Below are positions 39,583 to 51,173 of a stretch of DNA of 64,000 nucleotides, piece by piece. Each line of letters starts with the position of its first letter. Position 1 is the first letter of the stretch. Under the pieces are notes generated by a model. That model saw only the letters and a list, made by a program, of their open reading frames with translations. It did not search any database and had not been told where the DNA came from. The position numbers and the translations under genes are program-made. Origin of the DNA: Setoptus koraiensis (Eukaryota; Animalia; Arthropoda); NCBI GenBank assembly GCA_048013815.1, contig CM106586.1, positions 13,020,001 to 13,084,000 of the forward strand, given 5' to 3'.

Positions 39583-41037
39583 TTAAGCAAATGGTCTCAG
39601 GTTTGTATCCTCTTTTGGTGGAGTATGTCCGAGTAGTTCTAATTGTATTTGTTCGCTGGAGCGGCCTTTAGTTTCTGGCAAAACAAATACTACGAACGCA
39701 CAGGATATTACGCAAATGGCACCAAACAGATAATAGGCGTTAGAATCCCCGATGCTGTTCATTAGGCTCTTCACAAAAGCAGTTACAATATAGACGCAAG
39801 TCCAGTTGAAAGCTGTGGCAATAGAGGCTACGAGAGATCTAACTGATGTTGAAGATAGTTCGGGAATCATCATCCACGGTATGGGTCCATAACCAACTGA
39901 GAATGAAATAATAAAAATTATAATGCTAGTGACCGCTACCCAGGCGTATGATTCGCCAAATTTGGCATCGGTGGAACCCATGTACGAGTACCAACCAAAT
40001 GTAACTAATGCTATTGCGTGGCCAACACCCGATGCAATAAGTAACATACGTCTACCAAGACGGTCCACAAGTAAACTGCCACCTATTGTTGCTACAACCT
40101 GAGCGACACATACCAATATTGTGGCCAATGATGGGTCTAATTGTGGTGCGGCCTTCTTGAAAATGTCTGTCTGATAGAATAGGATGGCGTTAATACCTGA
40201 AAATTGTTGAAAGAACATGAGGGCTAAGGCTAACGTTAAAGGCTTAGTGAACTCTCTTTTCTTGATGGTTTGCCACGAGTATTGACTGGCCGTTTCTTCT
40301 CTAGCTTTATTAGCCGCTTGGGTCATCATGTTGAATTCTTCATTTATTTGTCCTTCTCTCAATGTTCTCAATTGTTGTTCGGCCTCAGTTTGACGATCTT
40401 TGGTAAGTAGCCATTGGGGCGTCTCGGGCATACCCAGCATCAGTATAGACATACCGGCCCCAGCTACAATAGATACCAAGGCTAATAGTTGCCACGACAT
40501 AAACACACCAAATACGGCGGCCAACAAAATACCCAGGGTTACCATGACTTGAAAGCAAGTTCCCAACATTCCTCTGATATTTGGGGGTGATATCTCAACG
40601 ACATAAGTGGGCGCAGTGCAACTAATAAGACCGCAACACAATCCGGTGAGCAGTCTGCCCACCACTATTACCTGGTAGCTTTCGGCAACGCCTATGAGTA
40701 TCCAGCCCAGTGTAAATGGAATTCCGAAGGAAATTAAACTCAATCGTCGGCCCAGGATTTTGTTTGCCGGTTCGGCTAATAACCCGCCAACAAGTGCACC
40801 AACGGCGAGCATACTTCCGATAAGACTCTTCTCTCCTTCTTTGGTGATTTCATCTTCACTAAATATTGATGAATTTTTGCCTTGATGGTTGGTACAGTCG
40901 TAGTTTGGACACAAATCCGTTTCCATTTTGACGTAAGCAGGCGCCGAATAGCCGAGCGCCAGGCCCATAGCGAGCGCACCCAATAGGGCCGCAAACGAGG
41001 CCATATACACTTTTGAGGATGGTGTCACAGAGTCCAT
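39583..41037 (-). CDS. MFS sugar porter, facilitated trehalose transporter Tret1-like (intronless; start may be 41106 or 41037)
   Basis: LGRRLS, GRLLTGL, PTYVVEISPPNIRG, PETPQWLL, QQFSGINAILFY, DRLGRR, GYGPIPW, PETKG sugar-porter motifs. Confidence 0.95.
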   Translation of the reverse strand: MDSVTPSSKVYMASFAALLGALAMGLALGYSAPAYVKMETDLCPNYDCTNHQGKNSSIFSEDEITKEGEKSLIGSMLAVGALVGGLLAEPANKILGRRLSLISFGIPFTLGWILIGVAESYQVIVVGRLLTGLCCGLISCTAPTYVVEISPPNIRGMLGTCFQVMVTLGILLAAVFGVFMSWQLLALVSIVAGAGMSILMLGMPETPQWLLTKDRQTEAEQQLRTLREGQINEEFNMMTQAANKAREETASQYSWQTIKKREFTKPLTLALALMFFQQFSGINAILFYQTDIFKKAAPQLDPSLATILVCVAQVVATIGGSLLVDRLGRRMLLIASGVGHAIALVTFGWYSYMGSTDAKFGESYAWVAVTSIIIFIISFSVGYGPIPWMMIPELSSTSVRSLVASIATAFNWTCVYIVTAFVKSLMNSIGDSNAYYLFGAICVISCAFVVFVLPETKGRSSEQIQLELLGHTPPKEDTNLRPFA

Positions 41038-42334
41038 GTTGACTGTTTTAGTCCCGTTTGAATTAGTCGGTTTATGTTTGTTGATAATATTTGTAACGCT
41101 ATGCATCCGTAGGAAAGTCAAAGTTAATCTAAATGGTCCATTTCATCAAGTTAACGATGATTGTGATTTCACGCAGCTCGAGTGCGATGAGCGTTTTTTT
41201 CGAGGGTGTCTCAATCAAGCGACGAAGTTTATACAGATTATGCCGCGCTGCCTTCCACAATGCATTCGCTTGAATGCACTGTCAATGCTACACAAGCACA
41301 GAGTGTGCACAAGCACGCAGTGCTCCCGTAACCGAACGCGACTTTTTGTGCAGTACAACTCAGTGCACGATGCTCGCACATTGCACGTTCTGTGATTGTG
41401 TGCTGCACAGGCGCTTTTATACCTTGGTCGCTTGATTGAGACACCCTCCAAGTGCGCTCACTCTTTTTACAGTATAATGCATGCACTTATAAACGATAAT
41501 CAAGCGATATCTTATCTTGATAATTTCTTCTTTCTATCAGCAGTAAATAAACTCACACTTGAGCTGACAACACAAGCGAAGTGGAAGCGATGTTAATCTT
41601 GCAGCTCGGGCTACAAAGCTGTTCCAGTGGCACTAACAACATAACACATGTGATACAAACATTTGTAATGATACACCAATAATATAATAAGAAAAATAAT
41701 ATATTAAAATGCATATAATGCAAGATAGTAGCAGCCGAACAAAACAAACTCTGCTGCTACCAAGCCAATACTCCCACTATTATTTGCGTGTGACTGCGCG
41801 AAACAACATCTCGTACAACAACACTGCACTAGGTTTGCATTGGTAAATAACCATTTCGCCTCTCTATGATGCAGACGATATCGCCTATGGCAAGCTGCGT
41901 GTGAGCTCATAGATGCCTACGTCAAGCCTCCGATCTGCGCAGCTTCGTGCGAGGACCCCCAGCTTGGAATGTCCCCTTTGCTGTGACTTGGGCTGGTGGG
42001 GCTGCTGCTGCTCGTTGTTGCAGTTGCAGTATCACCCGACAGCTGACTGTCTGACTGACTGACTGACTGAGTTTTGTTTGTTGATATGGAAGAACACACA
42101 CACGTCTCGAGTTATGTTGCTCCACTTTCGCAACATCACTTCAACATTCTTGATTAAGTTGTTTGTGAAAAAGTTGCCTGTCCTTCGTTTTTCGTCTTTT
42201 GTTTGCAATCCATTGATTACAATGGCTGCTTATCTTATTACAGCATCTACTATGGATAAAATGTTAATGACGCAATTGCGCCATGGCGCCATGTTGTGGC
42301 GCGCCTCCCATTTGACACCTACCATCGGTATCGC

Positions 42335-42442
42335 TGGAGTATAGTTTCGCTGGAGTGTAGTTTTTGTGGAGTGTAGTTTCTGTAGAGTGTAGTTTCTGTG
42401 GAGTGTAGTTTCTGTGGAGTGTAGTTTCTGTGGAGTGTAGTT
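42335..42442. repeat. Minisatellite, 16-bp unit TGGAGTGTAGTTTCTG, ~6.5 copies
   Basis: Direct inspection. Confidence 0.95.
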
Positions 42443-42645
42443 GCACTTTGGTGTGGGTGTGCTGCACAACGAAGGGCACAAAATCGTCAAGTCGATTCGA
42501 GCACAAGTGATATTGGACCGATTCAAATGATATCAAATGAGTGCTATTCAAATCGAGCGGACTTGTGCTCGGCTCGTGTATTGGAAGCGCAAACTCTCTC
42601 CAACTCCTGCCCAACTGTTACATAGCAACGGGACAAAATTGAACG

Positions 42646-43050
42646 CTATGACGGACGATCGTCTGACTTTTTTTTATTTTCACTTTCCAGTATACAAGCT
42701 TTAAAAGGTTCGCGCATTTCTTGTGGCAGTTGCATTATGCGAAACTGAATTATCTCAGACAATAAAACATCTATCAGTTCCTTGCTGATATCGGCCTGCT
42801 TTTCATCACTGATATTGAAAAATTCGTGTCGCCTCTCTATGTCCTCTTTATTGTTAAATTGACAATATTCCAGTAGTTTATGAAAATCTTCGGGCCTATT
42901 TCTGTTGAAGTCCAGACGCTCTCTGTGACATTTGGCGGATAGTTCTCGATTCTTTTTGTTCCTCAAATGAACCACGGTAATTAGGTGCTGGCGTAGCTGA
43001 CTGAAACTATTCAGTTCCAGGCCGCCACAATATTCACATTTATAAACCAT
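42646..43050 (-). CDS. Small protein with an N-terminal matrin/U1-like C2H2 zinc finger (134 aa)
   Basis: MVYKCEYCGGLELNSFSQLRQHLITVVH (C-x2-C...H-x5-H) followed by a charged helical region. No orthologue recognised. Confidence 0.7.
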   Translation of the reverse strand: MVYKCEYCGGLELNSFSQLRQHLITVVHLRNKKNRELSAKCHRERLDFNRNRPEDFHKLLEYCQFNNKEDIERRHEFFNISDEKQADISKELIDVLLSEIIQFRIMQLPQEMREPFKACILESENKKKSDDRPS

Positions 43051-43628
43051 TATAAACGAGCTAATAAGTTGTTGTCGATCACTGCATATAAACTTTAAGT
43101 TCGCGGACGAGTGTCGATAAATCCGCATAAAATATTATACGGTATTTCGAAATGTTTTCAATAGAGTAGAATATTTCGATAGAGGGCGGCTCATTTGAAT
43201 TTCGCAAATGGTGCGGTCAAGAAGTCTTCTCCCCAGGCGGCAGGGCAACGTAGGATGGGAGGCTGCAGTTTCTGTGCGGGATGCTTCCAGTCTCTCGGCC
43301 TCACCACAGTATCTGTTATGGGAGGTTGTTTGTGCCACTCCCAATTTATGGAAGCGCAACACATGTCCCATGAAATTCCACTACATCTATGGGGGTACGT
43401 CAGGCTCTCTCTGAATCACTCACAAGTGCCACCCGGTAGAGTAATCAATCATGACGGAAATTAATGAGATCATGATCATCTTTGCCATTTACTTACAATG
43501 AATTTACTTTTCATCAATCTATACTCGATTTTCCATTTCAGGAAGAAGATGGCCTCTGTACATATTTTATCACCTTCACTGACCATACGTGCAATTTAAA
43601 TACGTCTTATATTTAGCTACTGCAGGAC

Positions 43629-45689
43629 ATGTACCTCACACCCATACTGTCTCTTTGCCATTTTTGTGAGATTCACGGACCCAGTACTGTCTTCTCAACT
43701 CAAAGCCTCAATGATAACATTTCGGCGCAACATGATATCGCCCTTCAATTCCAGGGCCAAGATGATCTCAAGATATGCGAAGGATGCAGCCTGACACCAA
43801 AGTCACTTTTGAAGAAGAACGCCGTACTCTATAAGGGTTATGTTACCAATGATGACACACTAAATCGTAAATATATTACCACCAATGAACCAATCTGTTA
43901 CAGGACCCTTATCAGGCAATCGTGTGTCAGAAGTCTCAGTTGTGAAACATACCCCCAAGAAAAAGAGGGTGCAATCTATTTTGGTGATGATGTTAGATGG
44001 CACAATCTTAGTTGGTTATTTGTTTTAAAAGATAGTAAAGCAAGAGGATTCAATCGAACATACAGTATAGTTATCAGTCATCCAACTAAATCGTACCTAT
44101 TGTCTTGTTGGAAGTTTTACAGCGAACATGTTGACTCGATTATTGCTAAACTGAAACAAAAATCAGCACAAATATTCAAGGACGAGATTGCTATGCTCGA
44201 TTGTAAACAACAACGATGGTCGATAAGATTGGATCGAGTATCCCAGTTTGGTTATCCCAGTAATATGAATAGTAACCTTATGAATAGAGTTGCTCGTTAT
44301 AATAACCCAGCTAGGTCTCCCTCTGCGGTCTATGCTGGATTGAATAGTAATCAACCATCTAGCTTATCAAACATGGAAGACTCCTCAGATGATAGATCTT
44401 TATCAGACATCGATTCAACCCATGGTACGACCGGCAATAGTAGAGAACCTAATTTTTTAAAATCGGCCACAACAGCTAGCAGCAGTGGAATCAGTAGCGG
44501 AAGTAAAACAACATCGAACAGATCAGCATTTAGTCAGGCATCCACTAGCAGCACTATTAAACTACCTGGAGGACGTGCTTCAACTAATACTCAAAGAGTT
44601 AATAGTGAAGCTCGTTCATTAGTCGATCTGACCCAGGATGAGCTGATATTTGCAAATCTTCATCTGCTCTTTTGTCGTATACTTAAATTGTCTGCTGAGA
44701 GACAGTTGACACAACTGAGCCCACAATACCATGTTGATCGACTATCTTCCTTGATCAATAGACGGTCCGAGAAAGGAGCGGAAGGTCCAATCGATACCAA
44801 CAATAGTGTTAAACAGCCACATAATGTCCGTCAGCAGAACTTTGAAGTCTCTCATGAGGTAGAATCCAATTTTCCAAGCTTAGCCTCTTCCTCTAGTCAA
44901 ATAATACAATTAGATAAGAGCAGCCTGAATGGTTATCCAGCATGGGGTGATGCAAAATATTTCACTTCGTTGAGGCGTATGTATACCCTTCTAGGGCGAG
45001 ATAAATTCAAAATCATCAGTTACCACACAATAGTAGGGAGTAATATTGTTATCATATGTAAATATAGGAATTTATTATTGGAGTTTATGAGATGCTTGGC
45101 AAAATTACTTCCAACAGAGCGTATGCAAAATTTGACCGAGCCTGGTACACCTTATGATAGTTGGAAATTAAATATACTGGGTGTGGTGGGAAACAAGCTT
45201 CCTAGTAATATTCATGAATTCAACTATCAACTTTTGATCGACATAAGTGATAGAAATACAATTTCCTTTGTCCAAGGGACCAATGCTAATAATAGCGTCC
45301 TAACACCTATTCGGCAATACCCCCAATCAACTGCAACTCGTACATCACTTAAAACAGATAAAAAGCTTGAGTCAGACTCAAGTTATCGAATAACTCTACA
45401 TAGCAAAGAAAAGATGCCAGTGAATTTGCCTCAATTTTTAACTAATCTCATAGAGAAAATAATGAATGTCCTCTATTCCGACGACTGTCTAGAAGAATAT
45501 TTGTTAGCAACAAAAGAGGAATGGTTGACTAACGCTAAAATGGTTTGGGCTATAGCGAGAAAAAATTTGCCTTCCGACATGAATCAGATCTATAATTTGT
45601 TCAGAATTGAGGATTGTGACCGAAAGCTCATTCATTATTGGTCCGATGCCGACACCATGTTCAAAGCAAAGGCAATGAGTCTAGGCTAA
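43629..45689 (+). CDS. FLCN: Folliculin (686 aa) with a Ser/Thr-rich insertion
   Basis: ILSLCHFCEIHGPSTVFSTQ, RQSCVRSLSCE, IYFGDD...DSKARGFNRTYSI, EARSLVDLT, KEEWLTNAK are folliculin signatures. Confidence 0.95.
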   Translation: MYLTPILSLCHFCEIHGPSTVFSTQSLNDNISAQHDIALQFQGQDDLKICEGCSLTPKSLLKKNAVLYKGYVTNDDTLNRKYITTNEPICYRTLIRQSCVRSLSCETYPQEKEGAIYFGDDVRWHNLSWLFVLKDSKARGFNRTYSIVISHPTKSYLLSCWKFYSEHVDSIIAKLKQKSAQIFKDEIAMLDCKQQRWSIRLDRVSQFGYPSNMNSNLMNRVARYNNPARSPSAVYAGLNSNQPSSLSNMEDSSDDRSLSDIDSTHGTTGNSREPNFLKSATTASSSGISSGSKTTSNRSAFSQASTSSTIKLPGGRASTNTQRVNSEARSLVDLTQDELIFANLHLLFCRILKLSAERQLTQLSPQYHVDRLSSLINRRSEKGAEGPIDTNNSVKQPHNVRQQNFEVSHEVESNFPSLASSSSQIIQLDKSSLNGYPAWGDAKYFTSLRRMYTLLGRDKFKIISYHTIVGSNIVIICKYRNLLLEFMRCLAKLLPTERMQNLTEPGTPYDSWKLNILGVVGNKLPSNIHEFNYQLLIDISDRNTISFVQGTNANNSVLTPIRQYPQSTATRTSLKTDKKLESDSSYRITLHSKEKMPVNLPQFLTNLIEKIMNVLYSDDCLEEYLLATKEEWLTNAKMVWAIARKNLPSDMNQIYNLFRIEDCDRKLIHYWSDADTMFKAKAMSLG

Positions 45690-46394
45690 AAATAGTCCAC
45701 CACATTGTGAAATATAGTAATATTCTTGTGTCATACACTCAAGTAGATAATCCAATAAAATAATAACACATAATCAACGATATGGCGATCTTGAAAACTT
45801 CTGGAATTTTCCTGGCAATTCGAACTAGCGCAAGCTATTCATTTCTAAGAGTGTGTTTTTTGAATCTCTCCTTTCTTCAAAATTGTTGAGAGTCCATCTC
45901 TTACCTAAAGCACCCCTTGTTTGCAGGGGGATCAACTCATCCTGATGCATCTTCAGTTGTATATCCCGCGACGGTTACTCAGTCCGCTATCTGTCAAAAG
46001 ATAAATCGGCTATTGCTCCTAAGATAATACTAATAGAACATATGCAAAGAACTTGCTTGGGGGACTCACACACAAGTCGGATTAACACAAGTCAAAGTTT
46101 CGATAAGACATGATTTGCTCAAATTACCCACATATTCAGTAGGAATATCTGTAACGGTTAGAATATGAGATGATGATTTGTATCTAGTTTTTTTGTAAAA
46201 CTTCGTCAGTTGGTTACCAACAAATTCACTCTACGTAGCGATAGAGACGAGAGTCAATTCTCACTTTCAAGCCTAAATTGTTAGTATCGATTCTCCAGGG
46301 ATGAGAATTTATACTTTACATGAAGATTTCTTGGTCGGTGCTCATTGAAGCAGCTTCACTGAGAAGAAAAATATGATTTACGGTTGACAAAAAC

Positions 46395-47345
46395 TTATTT
46401 TTTGCAAAGTCGCCATACGATAATGACGAATCCCAATAATAGATAGAATCTCCGCGCGCCAATCGATGACGGACGACGGTCAACATGATGATGGGTCGCG
46501 TTTTGTTGATTATAATAAGTCGAAGACGACTGATTATGATTGTTCACATGAACATGTTCTGTCCTTCGAGTCGAATACGACTGATTGTAATTGTTCGCAT
46601 GAGGATATTCTATTCTTCGAATCGAAGGTCTCGGAGGGAACCCTGCTCTAGAACGCTGCCTGTTTGTATCATCTCCGCCCACGCCATATATAGGGATCAT
46701 TGTGTCTGTACTTATTATGGTGTTACATAGGGGACAATGATTACTACCAAGTGAATATGTTCTCAACCATTGATATATACATGGCCAACAAAATAGATGA
46801 CCACAAATGCTAACAACGGCATCCTTGGCAGTGTCGAGGCAGATAATACATTGGAACACTCGAATGTCAGCATTGGTCGAGCTTGTAGTTTGTTGGAGTT
46901 GTCGTTGTTGCTGTTGTAATTGCTGGACATTCTGGCGTAGCTGTTGAGCAAGTTGTTGATCTCGCTGTTGCTGTTGTTTCAAATCTTTAAATTTATCTCG
47001 CTCTTGCCGAAGCTCTTGTTGCAGTTGCTGGATCAGCTTTTGCTTTTGGTCTATCTGTAGATGCGACAGATTAAATTGATCTTGCCATGCTACAACCTGC
47101 TGTTGTAGTTGCTGGATCAGCAGTTGCTTTTTTGAAATTTGTCGTTGCAGCTTTACTTCCAACTGTTGTTTTGCTTCTTGGTATAGCTGTATCTGTTTTT
47201 GTTGCTTTGCGTGTCTGCCTCGCCATTCCAATACCTGTTGACGTAGGCCTTGTGTCTTCTGTATTTGCACCTGAGGCTTTTCTTGCTGTTCCAATGTATG
47301 GTTATTAGTACCTGTGCGGTTGTAGAAATTACGGGGTTTGTACAT
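46395..47345 (-). CDS. RNF5/RNF185-derived E3, paralog A: polyQ coiled coil - RING-HC - TM
   Basis: [31 protein letters not shown]...CPLC...IPIYG; C-terminal FYLLLGFVIIVW. Confidence 0.88.
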   Translation of the reverse strand: MYKPRNFYNRTGTNNHTLEQQEKPQVQIQKTQGLRQQVLEWRGRHAKQQKQIQLYQEAKQQLEVKLQRQISKKQLLIQQLQQQVVAWQDQFNLSHLQIDQKQKLIQQLQQELRQERDKFKDLKQQQQRDQQLAQQLRQNVQQLQQQQRQLQQTTSSTNADIRVFQCIICLDTAKDAVVSICGHLFCWPCIYQWLRTYSLGSNHCPLCNTIISTDTMIPIYGVGGDDTNRQRSRAGFPPRPSIRRIEYPHANNYNQSYSTRRTEHVHVNNHNQSSSTYYNQQNATHHHVDRRPSSIGARRFYLLLGFVIIVWRLCKK

Positions 47346-48614
47346 GGTTTTTGGTAATGATTATGACGATGGCAAAATCAATTAGATAGTTATTGCTATT
47401 CGTTGTGGGTGGACGCTGTTGTCTGTTGCTATTACAACGATCGCTAAATGTCAGCCGTTAGCATAAATTTCTCAACAGAAGTGGGATAGTGTGCTTTTTC
47501 TCTGGCGAGAAACCGAGCGCTCAACTTGAAAATACATTTTTTTCAAAAATTTTTTTTTTATATGAGCACGGGCATTTGAGTGCGCATAGATCGCTGAAAT
47601 TTATGGCCTTCGGAACTCGTGTATTATTGCCGAATGCTCTATGTGCTGATGACATTCTAGAAAACACTGCGCATATAATGGACAAAACTGGATGATCTCC
47701 CTCCTTCGAATGGGCGACGCAAAATCTGTCGGAATCTCCATCTCTCTGTTGCCAATATTGTCTACTCTTATTGGTACCGTTTCATTTACGAAAAAACGAC
47801 TCATTCCCCATCATTTTTATGTTGAAAATTATCTGCTCGTGTAACATTAGTAAAACGCTGGCGCGTGTTACACACTACATTTTATAGAGATGCTGGCATC
47901 TCCAACAATTCAGATCCTTCAGGATCTAGCTCTTTCGAAGTTGCTTATCTGTAAACATACAGTTGATTTCTGCCGGTTCTGTTGAAAACGAAGATGGTGT
48001 TTTCGCGCAAATTCTGCTGCTATTTCAAAACAACTAAAATAGTATCCAAATATATATGTATATACACTAATCTCAGGTCAATCACCGCAGCACTTTCAAG
48101 TTGATGTGATTTTGAGTTCCCCAATGACAACTCGTGTTAGTGATTGTACATCTCGATTCGACTCAACAGCCAAGACCTCCGCGTGAACTCGAGCAGTCTC
48201 AATGGAGAATAACTAGCTGCCTGTTGTAACCAGAAGCGATCATTCCAATTTTCAACTTATCTTCAAGAAATGTAGAGGAATTCCACCTACTTCGACCATT
48301 GTTCATAAGAATATCTATGCAAACAACACAGTCATGCGAGACGTACGCTAAGCTGATTTGGGTCATAGACATAAGATTACCTCCTGTTACACCGTTGAGT
48401 TATATTTATAATTTTGATGAGAAACAAGTCGGCTCGGCTAGCACGTGCAAATTTGTATATTGGCTCGTATTGGTCGAGATGCGGTTGATTGTGGAGATAG
48501 ATCGATGGATGGTTAGCAACACCAGGTGGCACTTGTGATTATAGTCAAGAGGATTTATTAACGAAGTAATATTAAAAAAGATTCGTTGTAACTGTGTCGA
48601 ATATGGACCTAGCG

Positions 48615-49457
48615 TCATGGGTGTGTATGATGGCAGTTTTGGACAGACAAGGAACGCGTAAGAGTTATTTTATCTCTTGGGTCTTGCCTATTTATATTAT
48701 CTTCACCTTGGCCGTAAACAGGAATTACTTTATCTTTACTTATGGCTGCCTTACACACTGGACAGGAACGATTTTGTGCGCCGGCAGCCGCTGGATACAG
48801 CCATTTACTTAAACAGGGCCAACAAAATAGATGACCACACATGCTAACAACGGCATCTTTGGCAACATCAAGGCAAATATTACATTCGAATCCTCCGGTG
48901 TTTTTATTTGATTCATCGCTGGTGGCATTGGCCGATGTTGAGGGTTGTTGGATTGGCCGTTGCTGTCGCTCCTCTAGTAGCTGCTCATATTTTTGTTGTA
49001 ATTCCTCATATCGTTCCTGTTGTATTTGTTGTTCGTGTGAGTGTCGATATCGCTCTCGCCGGATCTCCATAAACAGAGTGTGTTGTAATTCGCGGCATTC
49101 TTCCAGCTGTTCTTCCAACTGTTGATTGCGATCGGATTCTCGCTGCAGTTTTTTATGTTTCTTTTGGTGTCGCCCTCGCCACTCTAGCACCTGTTGTTTT
49201 AGGTCTTGCTGTTTGTGGGGGTCTCGTCGTTGTTGTAGCTGTTTCGCTAACAGTTGATACTGTTCCTCAAGCAGTTGATAGGCTTCTTGTTCTTGCAGCA
49301 GTTGTTTGTTATGATCTCGCCGTATGTTTCGTCGCAGATTTTTCTGTTGCTTTCGCTGTTGCACTAGCTCCTGTTGCAGATCTTGTATTATCTCTTCTTG
49401 TTGTTCAATCTGCTCTTGAAGCTGTTGTTGTCGCTGCCTGTTGGAATTACGATACAT
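48615..49457 (-). CDS. RNF5/RNF185-derived paralog B: polyQ coiled coil - RING-HC, no TM
   Basis: [31 protein letters not shown]...[18 protein letters not shown]; shares [10 protein letters not shown] with paralog A. True ATG at 49457 (49475 is TTG). Confidence 0.85.
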   Translation of the reverse strand: MYRNSNRQRQQQLQEQIEQQEEIIQDLQQELVQQRKQQKNLRRNIRRDHNKQLLQEQEAYQLLEEQYQLLAKQLQQRRDPHKQQDLKQQVLEWRGRHQKKHKKLQRESDRNQQLEEQLEECRELQHTLFMEIRRERYRHSHEQQIQQERYEELQQKYEQLLEERQQRPIQQPSTSANATSDESNKNTGGFECNICLDVAKDAVVSMCGHLFCWPCLSKWLYPAAAGAQNRSCPVCKAAISKDKVIPVYGQGEDNINRQDPRDKITLTRSLSVQNCHHTHP

Positions 49458-50291
49458 GGCGATTACGACATGCAATCAGATAGTCTTGCTGATGATTATT
49501 ATTATAAATATCAGCCGTAATATTGGTCGCTGCTGCCACTTGTATCTGTTGCTGTGATTGGTGATCGATGATTGGCTCGTCTAATATTTTTCTTTCTTGA
49601 CCGGAGAAAATAATTGTCACCAATTTATCTTGTCTTTTTACAATGTACATCAACGGCAATATTGTGACCAAAAATACGTTATCGAGATACACAGCAGTGA
49701 TATATCGAGTGCGTCTGCATTGGGCGCATCGGCTGCAAAGATAATGAGCCATCTCACTGAAAACACTAATTGACGTGGCCTTTGTGACATGACAATTTGT
49801 TCAGTCACCGGACTGCGCATGGACGATAAATCAAAAACAGAACCTCTTGTTAGTATCAACGTCATAGTATCGGCGTTCATGTTGGCGCGAAAAAATGCCA
49901 ATATAAGATCCCCATAAGATGCAGCCTTCGAAAGATAACATCACAGTGTTATTAAGTCGAGAATATTGTTTGAAAAACACGCGCCCATGCGACAGAAACA
50001 CTTGTCAGGGTTATAAAACGACAGGTTAGTTTTATTTCGAATTTATTGATGCACAAACTTTGTCAGTGTCCAGTGATCATCGAACAGTGTTTGCTGGCAA
50101 TAAAGTAGAAACCAACTGTACATATAGCTGATTCGAACATGCAAACCGAATGTAGGGGTGCCGATTCCTACAATCAGCTCTTGCAATCGGAGTGGCCGCT
50201 AATAATCACGAGAATAGATGAAATGGTTTTCTTCGGATTAACCACTTGTGACATAGAAACTTTACTCCATCATGAATACAATTTATTTTCG

Positions 50292-51173
50292 CTAATCCCC
50301 ACATAGAGGTACAAATATTTTGTGGAGACTCGTTCTACTACTTGTGCTGGTAGGACGATGCTCGATACAGGACGTGCCGTCGCCAATAACACCTATACTG
50401 CTCTCATGACGAGCAGCTAATCGTTGTAGTTGTTGAAGTTGTTGCTGTAGATCTTGTGCGAGCTGCCTCTGTTGCTGTAACTGTTGCTGTAAATCTTGTC
50501 CGAGCTGCCTCTGTTGCTGAAACTGTTGCTGTAAATCTTGCCCTAACTGCTTCTGTTGTTTTAGCTGTTGCTGAAAATCTTGTCCTAGCTGCTTCTGTTG
50601 TTGTAGCTGGTGCTGTAGTTGGTAGAAGAGAGTTTTTTCGCGTCGAAGCTGTTCTGGCGGTTTAGTTTGTTGTAGCTGTTGTTGCAATTGTTTGACTAAA
50701 AGTTCCTCAGTAGATAGTCGCTGTTGTAACAGGTCATACCGCGCTCGCTCTAGCTGTAGCTTTTGTTCTAGATCGTGTTGTCGCAGTCGTTGCCATTTGC
50801 TGCAGTCATCTAAATCTAGATCGCCTATATCTATGAGAAATGCTTCATCTTCACTTAATTGTGTCTTACATACTGGACAAGAACTTTTTTGTGTGCCATG
50901 AGTCGTCAATAACAGATCATTTATACAGAGGCCACAAAATAGGTGACCACACATGGTAATAACGGCATCTCTGGCAGTGTCGTGGCATACATTACATTGG
51001 AACGGTCGAGTAGCCGAAATCGGCTCGTCACTGCTGCCCTTTGTCGAGCTTTGTGTTTCTTCGACTGGCTTCTGTTGTGGCTGTTGCTGTTGTTGTGGCT
51101 GTTGCTGTTGTTGCGGTTGCTGCTGTTGTTGTGGTTGCTGCTGTTGTTGTCGCTTTTTGTTTTTACGTGCCAT
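50292..51173 (-). CDS. RNF5/RNF185-derived paralog C: short polyQ - divergent RING-HC - long polyQ coil with four 14-aa repeats
   Basis: FQCNVCHDTARDAVITMCGHLFCGLCINDLL...CPVC; 42-bp repeat at 50441-50610 (LGQDLQQQLQQQRQ). True ATG at 51173. Confidence 0.82.
   Translation of the reverse strand: MARKNKKRQQQQQPQQQQQPQQQQQPQQQQQPQQKPVEETQSSTKGSSDEPISATRPFQCNVCHDTARDAVITMCGHLFCGLCINDLLLTTHGTQKSSCPVCKTQLSEDEAFLIDIGDLDLDDCSKWQRLRQHDLEQKLQLERARYDLLQQRLSTEELLVKQLQQQLQQTKPPEQLRREKTLFYQLQHQLQQQKQLGQDFQQQLKQQKQLGQDLQQQFQQQRQLGQDLQQQLQQQRQLAQDLQQQLQQLQRLAARHESSIGVIGDGTSCIEHRPTSTSSRTSLHKIFVPLCGD

Noticed and set aside
50120-50150. GTTCGAATC B-box-like motif on the minus strand (tRNA/SINE)
   Set aside because: No A-box at a suitable distance and no cloverleaf; no tRNA or rRNA gene was found anywhere in the window.
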